Source: Planctomycetota bacterium
GTDB lineage: Bacteria; Planctomycetota; SZUA-567; H5-PLA8
Direction: 5' to 3'
Assembly: GCA_038227875.1 (NCBI GenBank)
Contig: JBBRPR010000082.1
Coordinates: 1 to 33,472 of the forward strand
DNA length: 33,472 nucleotides
The notes under the pieces were generated by a model, which had not been told where the DNA came from, searched no databases, and was given only the letters and a program-made list of their open reading frames with translations. Shown piece by piece: positions 26,184 to 33,472 of the stretch. The position numbers and the translations under genes are program-made. The number at the start of each line of letters is the position of its first letter. The stretch's first letter is position 1.

Positions 26184-27047
26184 ATGAGCGAACAGCAGAA
26201 CACGCGAGGCCGCAAGCCGAAGCAGTCGGACGCAAAGGCGGAAGCCCCGGCGCCGGGCGCAGGCTCCGTGGCGCCGATTGCCGGCGATCTGCCGCACGTG
26301 TGGATTCTGCCCACGGCGCCCGGGGAATTCCTGGCCGTCGCTTCGGAAGCCGATGTCCGCGCGCTCGGCGAACACCTGCGCGAGACGCCCCCGCAGGTGC
26401 TGGCCGCGCACGTGGATCCCGGCAGCGAAAGCGCGGCGGTGGCGCGGACGTGGAAGAGCATCGAGCCGCGCTTCGTGGACCGGATTCAGGAATCGATCTT
26501 CGATTTCGCCAAGCGCATGATGGTCAGCATCGCGTGGCTGACGGTGGCCTTCGGCGCCGCGCGCATCCGCGGGGAATTCGAAGACATCGGCGTGGCGCTG
26601 GGCGTGCTGGGACTGGGTTTTCTCGGCTATACTGTATTTCGCTACGGCTATGGCATCGTGCGCTGGCACAACCGCCGCGTGGATGCGAGCCACGCCTTCG
26701 CGCAAGCGACGCTGCAATCCAATAAGCTCGCCGCGCGGCTGGCATCGGCGCTGGAACTGCGCGCGAATCTGAAACCTGAAGAGCGCGGAAAATCGCCCGA
26801 CGACGAATTGCTCGATACCAACGCGTACCGCAAGTTGATCGCCGACGGCACGACGACCACGCGCGAGTTGATCGCACTGGGTGAAGCGATCAACGGCGCG
26901 TTGAAATTTCAGGACGCGACCGGCAACCCGCGCAGGATTTCCGACGTCGCCAAGGACGCGAATTTGAGCACCGAAACGGCGATCTTCTACCGCGATCTGT
27001 CGGCGGCTGCGGCGGAGATCAGTTTGACCGCGGGTATGCCGGTATAG
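26184..27047 (+). CDS. Hypothetical membrane protein (two TM helices)
   Basis: 287-aa ORF 20 bp after the SPFH pair, host-like GC-rich codons, central hydrophobic hairpin. Confidence 0.75.
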   Translation: MSEQQNTRGRKPKQSDAKAEAPAPGAGSVAPIAGDLPHVWILPTAPGEFLAVASEADVRALGEHLRETPPQVLAAHVDPGSESAAVARTWKSIEPRFVDRIQESIFDFAKRMMVSIAWLTVAFGAARIRGEFEDIGVALGVLGLGFLGYTVFRYGYGIVRWHNRRVDASHAFAQATLQSNKLAARLASALELRANLKPEERGKSPDDELLDTNAYRKLIADGTTTTRELIALGEAINGALKFQDATGNPRRISDVAKDANLSTETAIFYRDLSAAAAEISLTAGMPV

Positions 27048-27097
27048 AAAGCAGCGTCGGAAATGATCAAAAGCCAACATGCCGCAAATTTGCGCTA

Positions 27098-27234
27098 TGA
27101 TATAATATATATAATTTTCTACCTTTTATAAAGCAAGCGCACTTCGGCACACGACGTGCATCAATCCGACATCTTGTTTCACCTGTCGCAATCTGCGTAT
27201 TGAAAAAAGTATCTTAAAAAATGTATGCTATCAT
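27098..27234 (+). promoter_or_regulatory. AT-rich promoter region of the giant pseudopilin-like gene
   Basis: Extended -10 TGaTATAAT (27098-27106); TTGAAA (27200) followed by TATGCT (27224) and TGcTATCAT (27226-27234). Confidence 0.5.
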
Positions 27235-27282
27235 TATTATTCTGCTACCATCCCTTGTCGCAATGCGCGGGAGACATCAACT

Positions 27283-30200
27283 ATGAAAGACTGGCAAGCA
27301 AACCTTCTTTTTCCCAGGCGGCCGCGTCGCGGCATTGTCCTGATTATTGTGGCTGGCGTGCTGACGGTGCTGGCGGCTCTGGTCGTCGGCTTTTACATGA
27401 TGGCGCAGACGCAACAAAAAGCGGCGATGCATTATTCCGATTCCGTCCGCGCACGCTTGATGGCAGACGCCGGAGTAAACGATGCGATCGCTCGTCTGCG
27501 CGCTCAGGCGTTTGTGAAGACTGAAGATCCCTCCGACCCATGGTTCACCGTCGACTACATGAATGGCAAGAAGACGCGCGTTTCCTATGCGGCCACCGAT
27601 CCGGCCAATCCCGCCAAACTGCTGGCGTACTCCAATGCGCTGGCCTCGACAATCGGGCCCAACAGCGACCGCTACACGCTGCAGATCGAAGACGCGGCCA
27701 GCAAGATCAATCTCAATGCGTGCGATAATCTCGGCGTGTTGCTGGACAATCTCTGCCGCGTCATCGGACCGCCGCTGGTCGCCGCCGATCAAGACCGCGC
27801 CATGCCGCGCGTCTGGGAATGGTACGGCGCGACGCCGTCGGCCAGCCCCAATCCCAAGGACTGGCCCGCGGGCGGAAGCCAGGGCACCGCGCCCTACGGC
27901 AGCGTGCCGGAAGACGTCCTGTATCTCCCCGACGCCGACGGCCGCCCGCTGCAGAACGCCGACGGCACCGCGACGTTCGGAGACGGCTACGCGACCGCCG
28001 GCTACCGCAGCAAGCGCGGCCTGTTTCAGAATATTGAAGACGTCAAGAATGCTCTCACGTACGTGAAGCGCCCGGGACGTCCGGAGCTGGAAGAGCTGGA
28101 GCGCGAAGTGAAGTTCCAGGCGCTGAAGCCTTACATCACCGTCAATTCGTGGGTCGACACAAACACGACCTGCACGGGGAAATTCGAATGGATTTCGCAC
28201 GTCACCGGCGGAGCAGTCCGCGCCATCGACCGCGATAAGAGCTGGGTGGCCGACGATCCCATCAGCGACCCGCTCAACTTCCGCGGTTCGCTGCGCGGCT
28301 GCTATGTCTCGATCATCAGCGGACACGGCGCGGGACAGCTGCGGCGCATCCGCACCAATGGCATCGATTGGATCGAAGTGGATGGCGGCTTCGCGGTGGA
28401 TCCGGGTCCGACGAGTTCCTACATGATCATCGCCAACGAAGATGCGAAGCTGGCCGACGCGGCCGGCAACGCGCTGGCGTACAACTATCCCGATAATCCG
28501 CCGCCCGTCGGCACCACCACGTTCCCGCTGCAGAATGCCGATGGCACACTCGTGGACGAACCGAAGATCGACTACAAGCATCATCCGCTCTGCATCCACC
28601 GCGCGCCGGTGAACATCAACACGGCCTCCGACAAGGTGCTGGCGGCGCTGTTCCTGGGCATCAATGTTCAGTATGGCACGTTCATGGCGCTGGGCACCGA
28701 CGGCAACCTCGACGACCACCGCAAGGCCTGGTTTTTCAAAGACGATCCGTGCAAGCGCTTCGCCGATCAATACACGCTGCCCAATGGCATGGGCATCAAG
28801 CGCATCCCCGTCAACACCGGTCGCCTCGTGTTGAACCGTCCCAAACCGTGGGCGGCGGCCGATGCGGCGAAATTCGGCTACATCAACAATCTGGACACGC
28901 TGGGCACCTCCGATTTCGTCGGGATCACCAATACCTGCAGCGAAGCGCATGAACTGGCTTACCGCGTGATCATCGCGCGGCAGCCGGATCCCGCGCTGCC
29001 CTTCGTTGACGGGGTCAGCGGTAACGGCAGTCCGGTCAACACGGGACTGGACCGGCGGCCATTTGTCAGCTGGGACGATCTGTATTTTCGCGTGGTCCGT
29101 CCGTGGGACGATCAACGCGTCTTCGCCAACAAGGCATCCATTGCGCGCATGATCATGGCGCAGTTCAACAGCAACACCGACATCCTGAAGATGAATCCCA
29201 ACATCGAATGGATCGACCGCTGGGGCCGGAATTTCACCGAGATGGAACAGGTGATGCAGTTCACCAATGACAACTGGCAGAACAACGTGAATTTCACCTA
29301 TGACGCGAAGAACGTCACGATTCCCTACATGCACGTGAATCCCACAATCTCCGACGCGCTGAACAACGACGCCAAACCGATCTTCACCGTCGACAAGTAT
29401 TCGTACCTGCTCTCAGGCACGCCGCACGAATTCGTCAACAAGATGTTCGGCACACAGCCCGTCGATTTCGGCAGCTACATGACGCGCACGTTCCGCTATA
29501 AAGCCGACGAACTGCTCGACAAAACCGACCTCAATCGCGCGACGACGGAATTTACGTTCGATTCCGGCGGCATCTTCCAGATCTCGTCGACGGGGCAGAT
29601 CGTCGGCAACGGCCAGGTCGCGGCGCAGACGCGCGTGGAAGCGCTGGTCCAGGTCTACGACGTCTGGCGCGAAACCACACAGCGGCAATTCGTTAACGGG
29701 ACCATCTCCAAAGCCAACGGCGCGGCGGGAACCGACAGCAGCGGCCAGGTCTCGCGCGACGCGGACATCGGAACGCACCGCCGCGCGCTGGTGACGCTGC
29801 CCGAACCGCTGGTGCCGTTGAATTACCGCATCGTCAATCCCAACGGCAACGCAGAGCTTGTTGACCGCGCGGGGCAGGCACGCGATGCAATGGGCAACGC
29901 CAAGGGCGTGACGGTTCCGGACATTGTCGCCAACCGCTTGTTGCCTTCCGGGTACGACGGCCAGTTGATGCTCGCGACCAACACGCTGAATTTCGATCCC
30001 TCCTACGATCCGATCACTGACACGGGCGACAAGGACACGTTTCTTTCCAGCTTCAACGGCGATCTGGATACCGACACCTCAAATTACAATGGTCGCGAAC
30101 AGGCGAAGGTACCGTGGACGGCGGCCGGCGACGGCGACAAGTACCGCGTGATCGATACCTGCGGCCTGCTGGGCGTGCTTAACGACGGGATGCTCGACTT

Positions 30201-32793
30201 CGATCCCGGACTGGGCAAGGACGCCTCGGGCAAAGACCGCTCGACGCTGATGTTCCAGAGCATCAACAAAGCGATGAAGCCGTTGAATCCCAATGTTTTC
30301 TGGAACAACGTCACCTGCCGCCAGGGCGATCTGCGCACCGACGGCGTCTACATCAGCAGCGCCGGCCTTTCCGGCCGCGATGGCACGCTGAAATATCTCT
30401 TTGGTCCCAACAAGGAGAACTTCGATCCGGGCTCGCCATACGGCAATTGCATTTCGATGTGGATGAAGCCGACCTGGCACGAGGACGACGGCCTGTACCA
30501 TGAACTGTTCAACGCCAACAACCCCGGCAGCTTCGGCGCGACCAACAACGCGCTGCCTCCATTTGCGTTCTTCCTCTGCAAGCCCGGCACTATCTGGCCA
30601 TCGGACATGTACTGGGGACTTGACGACGGTCAGCCTGGCGGTTCGTGGTGGCAGGGCGACAACAAGGACAACGACTTGCTCTGCAATTTCTCGGCTGACA
30701 TGAGTTTCGGCTGGTGGGACCGGCCTGCGAATTTTCCACTGACGGTGGCCGGTTCGAAAGACCCGACGAAATTCATGAGTTCCAACCACATTGGCAGCTT
30801 CAGCGCAGGGCTGCATGGCGGGTCGAGTTCAGTGCCGGCGGCCCGGCAGCAGCTGATCCGCGAATCGCCGTCCTACCGCGTCCAGCCGTTCCGCTGGCAT
30901 TACGTCGGCATGCGCGAAAACTGGACGGCGGGGCGCACGACCTACGGCAACGGTTCGTGCATTCCCAACCTGATGTTCTCCGGCATGACCGGATTCTGGA
31001 AGAAGGATTTCAACGCGCAGAACACCGGCGGCGTGACGAATTTTGGCCCCTACCCTCCGTTTCCGGTGGTGATACCCGCGTATTTGCCGGGCGGCACCCG
31101 AAATCCCATGGGCGGCACGCAACAATACGGATTTCAGCAGGGCGGAAATGCGGCGCGCCACGTTCCATTCAACTACGATGTGGACAGCGGCAGCGTTTTT
31201 CCAATGCCCCAATATCTTCTGACCTACCGGTTGCGTCCGTTCATCGACACGCAGCGCAATCCCGATTGGGGCGACCCAGTCACCGGATCGACCACGTGGA
31301 AACCCAACTGCTTCTACGCCGGCATGGAAACGCCGATCTTCTGGGATCAACAGGGATCCGTCTTCGTACCCAAAGATCCGCCCTTCGGTCCGGGCTCGTG
31401 GTGGAATGTGCCGCCGCCGCTGAATGCGCCGGGAAAAGTGCGCTGCGATATTGGCAACAGCGGTGCGGAGTACTCCACCAATCCCGGACCCATAGTGGTC
31501 CCCCGCCCCATCGACAGCGCCGACAGCTATTCGATCGATTGGACGAAATCGACGCTGCATGAGAACTACAATTCCGATCCCAGCGGCACCAGCCGGCTGG
31601 TAACCACAGCCCGCATTGCTCAGGACGCCAAGTGGGATTGGGCCGATCCGGCGGGCGTGCCCAATCCGAACAAGATCTTTGGCGTGAACAATCTCAACTA
31701 CAACAACACCATCTCCGTCGACCGGCTGAGCTGCACCGACGGCACGTTCGCGGTGATCGATGAGCTGAAAATTTCGAGCGTCGATCGCGTCATCACGCGA
31801 AAAACCAATCCCAATTTCCCCGACGCCTGGAAGGATTCATCGAATCTGCAGAATCCATACACGGCCAGTGTCACCGACCTGCAGACGCGCCCGTGGATGG
31901 ACGACACGCTGGGCAAGGTGAACCCGTCGTTCCCCGCGAAGACAATGTGGCAGAAGGACCGCATCGCCCGTGAACAGACCACCAGCCGCTATTACCTTGA
32001 TACCGCCAGTCCGCCGACCTTCACGTCGCAGTCGATGCTGCAGTCGCTGGAAGGGTTCGACAAGGTCTCCGGCGGTGAACCGGTGACGCTGGTGCGCGTC
32101 TCGTGGACCGTGTTCACGCCGCGCTTCATGAACGAATACAAAACACCAGGCGCTGCGAATCCGAAATTGCCGGGCGGGATTTTCCAACGCTACGAGAACA
32201 TCACGCATCTGGGCGACGCGCTCTACCCGATCAGTTTCGTCGGGCCGGCCGCAACAGCGGATTTGGTGCCGTACAAGGGACCGTTTGATTATAAGAAATA
32301 CAACGACCTCCTCGAGGATCCCAATCCGAAGAATAACAACCAATCCAACTCTTATGACGACGCAGCCTACGACGGGGACTTGACGGTGATACCCTACCGC
32401 TGCCTGCGCCCGAAGCCGACGTCGTACCCGCAATACGCCGCGACGAAATCGTATCAGGCCAACTCTGGCGTGGAGCTCGAACTGCTCAACGGAGCGGCGA
32501 CCGTGGCCGGCGAAGAAAACTCCACCGGCACATTCAACGGCACCAGCACGTTCACCAATCCCGACGTGATCAATCACTTCGGCAAGCCCGACGCGCCAAC
32601 GGTGGTGAGCACCGATAAACTGCACTATCGCGTGCGCTTCAAATACCCCGTCGATCCGCTGGCTGATCCGGCGGGGGGCAGCACCGTCGATCCGAAGAAA
32701 CACTACCTCCTCGATTCGCCCGTGTTCGACGATGTGTCGATCGTGTTCATGACCAAGCCGCGGATTCTGACTTATCGCGTGGCTACGGAATGA
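27283..32793 (+). CDS. Giant GspK/PilX-like minor (pseudo)pilin with HhH and LamG-like segments
   Basis: Prepilin-type N-terminus RRPRRG|IVLIIV plus hydrophobic helix; AR..A.AG...AIA.L; IEDAASKINLN; APVNINTAS..VL.AL; F.I.STG; ISMWMKP.W...WHYVG...IDELKI; GGAG upstream. Confidence 0.8.
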   Translation: MKDWQANLLFPRRPRRGIVLIIVAGVLTVLAALVVGFYMMAQTQQKAAMHYSDSVRARLMADAGVNDAIARLRAQAFVKTEDPSDPWFTVDYMNGKKTRVSYAATDPANPAKLLAYSNALASTIGPNSDRYTLQIEDAASKINLNACDNLGVLLDNLCRVIGPPLVAADQDRAMPRVWEWYGATPSASPNPKDWPAGGSQGTAPYGSVPEDVLYLPDADGRPLQNADGTATFGDGYATAGYRSKRGLFQNIEDVKNALTYVKRPGRPELEELEREVKFQALKPYITVNSWVDTNTTCTGKFEWISHVTGGAVRAIDRDKSWVADDPISDPLNFRGSLRGCYVSIISGHGAGQLRRIRTNGIDWIEVDGGFAVDPGPTSSYMIIANEDAKLADAAGNALAYNYPDNPPPVGTTTFPLQNADGTLVDEPKIDYKHHPLCIHRAPVNINTASDKVLAALFLGINVQYGTFMALGTDGNLDDHRKAWFFKDDPCKRFADQYTLPNGMGIKRIPVNTGRLVLNRPKPWAAADAAKFGYINNLDTLGTSDFVGITNTCSEAHELAYRVIIARQPDPALPFVDGVSGNGSPVNTGLDRRPFVSWDDLYFRVVRPWDDQRVFANKASIARMIMAQFNSNTDILKMNPNIEWIDRWGRNFTEMEQVMQFTNDNWQNNVNFTYDAKNVTIPYMHVNPTISDALNNDAKPIFTVDKYSYLLSGTPHEFVNKMFGTQPVDFGSYMTRTFRYKADELLDKTDLNRATTEFTFDSGGIFQISSTGQIVGNGQVAAQTRVEALVQVYDVWRETTQRQFVNGTISKANGAAGTDSSGQVSRDADIGTHRRALVTLPEPLVPLNYRIVNPNGNAELVDRAGQARDAMGNAKGVTVPDIVANRLLPSGYDGQLMLATNTLNFDPSYDPITDTGDKDTFLSSFNGDLDTDTSNYNGREQAKVPWTAAGDGDKYRVIDTCGLLGVLNDGMLDFDPGLGKDASGKDRSTLMFQSINKAMKPLNPNVFWNNVTCRQGDLRTDGVYISSAGLSGRDGTLKYLFGPNKENFDPGSPYGNCISMWMKPTWHEDDGLYHELFNANNPGSFGATNNALPPFAFFLCKPGTIWPSDMYWGLDDGQPGGSWWQGDNKDNDLLCNFSADMSFGWWDRPANFPLTVAGSKDPTKFMSSNHIGSFSAGLHGGSSSVPAARQQLIRESPSYRVQPFRWHYVGMRENWTAGRTTYGNGSCIPNLMFSGMTGFWKKDFNAQNTGGVTNFGPYPPFPVVIPAYLPGGTRNPMGGTQQYGFQQGGNAARHVPFNYDVDSGSVFPMPQYLLTYRLRPFIDTQRNPDWGDPVTGSTTWKPNCFYAGMETPIFWDQQGSVFVPKDPPFGPGSWWNVPPPLNAPGKVRCDIGNSGAEYSTNPGPIVVPRPIDSADSYSIDWTKSTLHENYNSDPSGTSRLVTTARIAQDAKWDWADPAGVPNPNKIFGVNNLNYNNTISVDRLSCTDGTFAVIDELKISSVDRVITRKTNPNFPDAWKDSSNLQNPYTASVTDLQTRPWMDDTLGKVNPSFPAKTMWQKDRIAREQTTSRYYLDTASPPTFTSQSMLQSLEGFDKVSGGEPVTLVRVSWTVFTPRFMNEYKTPGAANPKLPGGIFQRYENITHLGDALYPISFVGPAATADLVPYKGPFDYKKYNDLLEDPNPKNNNQSNSYDDAAYDGDLTVIPYRCLRPKPTSYPQYAATKSYQANSGVELELLNGAATVAGEENSTGTFNGTSTFTNPDVINHFGKPDAPTVVSTDKLHYRVRFKYPVDPLADPAGGSTVDPKKHYLLDSPVFDDVSIVFMTKPRILTYRVATE

Positions 32794-32813
32794 GAACTTT
32801 GCGAGGCACTCCC

Positions 32814-33257
32814 ATGCGAACTGTGAAGACACTGCTGGTCATGATGCTTTCCGCCACAGCCCTGAGCGGCGTACGCTGCGCGTTCGCGGAGGACAGCGAC
32901 GCCGCCAAACGCGCTCAAGCCCAGGCTGCAGAGGCCGCGGAAGCCGAGCAGGAGTTGAAGACTGCCGCCGAAAATCAGAAGATGCGTTACGAAAACTACA
33001 TTGGCACATTGACGCTCTGGCCGCAGGAAAATCCGGAGATGCCGGATGTTCTCGGCACCTTTGAGACCAAGGAGCACAAATACTTCGTCAAGCTCGGCAA
33101 CGGCGATTTGAAGAAAAGCTTGATTCCCTTCGACGGCAAAGAAGTGACGCTGATCGGTTGGAGTAGCAACAATTTTAAGTACTTCGTGGTGACCGGCACA
33201 GTGAGCAGCAGCGGCGGCGCGCCGACGCCCACGCACCGCAAGCGCGGCGGGCTGTAG
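32814..33257 (+). CDS. Hypothetical small secreted protein
   Basis: Signal peptide ending AFA; GAGG upstream of ATG 32814; short beta-rich domain. Confidence 0.75.
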   Translation: MRTVKTLLVMMLSATALSGVRCAFAEDSDAAKRAQAQAAEAAEAEQELKTAAENQKMRYENYIGTLTLWPQENPEMPDVLGTFETKEHKYFVKLGNGDLKKSLIPFDGKEVTLIGWSSNNFKYFVVTGTVSSSGGAPTPTHRKRGGL

Positions 33258-33267
33258 TACTGGTGTG

Positions 33268-33295
33268 TCCCTCCGGGCCAGCTGGCCCGAAGGGA
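33268..33295. other. GC-rich hairpin at a composition boundary
   Basis: TCCCT-C-CGGGCCA-GC-TGGCCCG-A-AGGGA with no + strand U-tract; AT-rich DNA follows. Confidence 0.5.
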
Positions 33296-33389
33296 AAATG
33301 GGCTCCCCTATTACCTATCTTTTAGTCTCAGCAATTTTCGCACACACGCACTAATATCGTTACAAACAACATTATCAGGTAGAGGAATA

Positions 33390-33472
33390 ATGAACGCGAA
33401 AATCTTCGGAGTCGTATTAATCGTTATTTCCGGATGCATCCGATTTCGCCGTCGCCAGCTCGAGAAACAGGA
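33390..33472 (+). CDS. Possible start of an exported or lipoprotein gene, open to the window end
   Basis: AGAGGA then ATG; MNAKIFGVVLIVISGC... hydrophobic N-terminus. Confidence 0.4.
   Translation, partial: MNAKIFGVVLIVISGCIRFRRRQLEKQ

Noticed and set aside
27277..29334. 685-aa antisense ORF opposite the giant gene
   Set aside because: Shadow frame with no motifs.
30400..32793. Diversity-generating retroelement target in the Asn-rich C-terminus of the giant gene
   Set aside because: No template-repeat copy or reverse transcriptase is visible in the window.

Overview
GC-rich bacterial chromosomal segment. Planctomycetota/PVC-like origin is inferred only from gene content (giant GspK/PilX-type protein, HEAT-repeat and other secreted hypothetical proteins). 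The left edge is probably the right end of an element integrated at tRNA-Lys(CTT): a 3'-only tRNA fragment at 379-426 is preceded by three GTTGTGT direct repeats. Genes then follow in this order: putA; an AraC regulator divergent from a two-part ferritin-like (DUF455-type) diiron protein; an MBL-fold hydrolase; a secreted HEAT-repeat/M23 peptidase fusion; a DksA/TraR-family protein; guaB; an M20 peptidase; a PhyH-type dioxygenase; a DinB-family protein; a GH110-like beta-helix protein; a TMEM175 K+ channel directly in frame with a Na/K-type (P2C-like) ATPase; an orphan gene; three exported proteins (one a SirB1/TPR lipoprotein); a tandem SPFH pair plus a membrane protein; a 1836-aa GspK/PilX-like protein with a small secreted neighbour. 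The most notable observations are (i) the TMEM175/P-type ATPase pair separated by a single in-frame TAA, (ii) a dispersed family of AAATTT-centred palindromes with compensatory substitutions, two of them beside terminators in convergent intergenic regions, (iii) the stand-alone giant pseudopilin and (iv) the tRNA-Lys att site. All assignments come from visual motif recognition; no searches were run.
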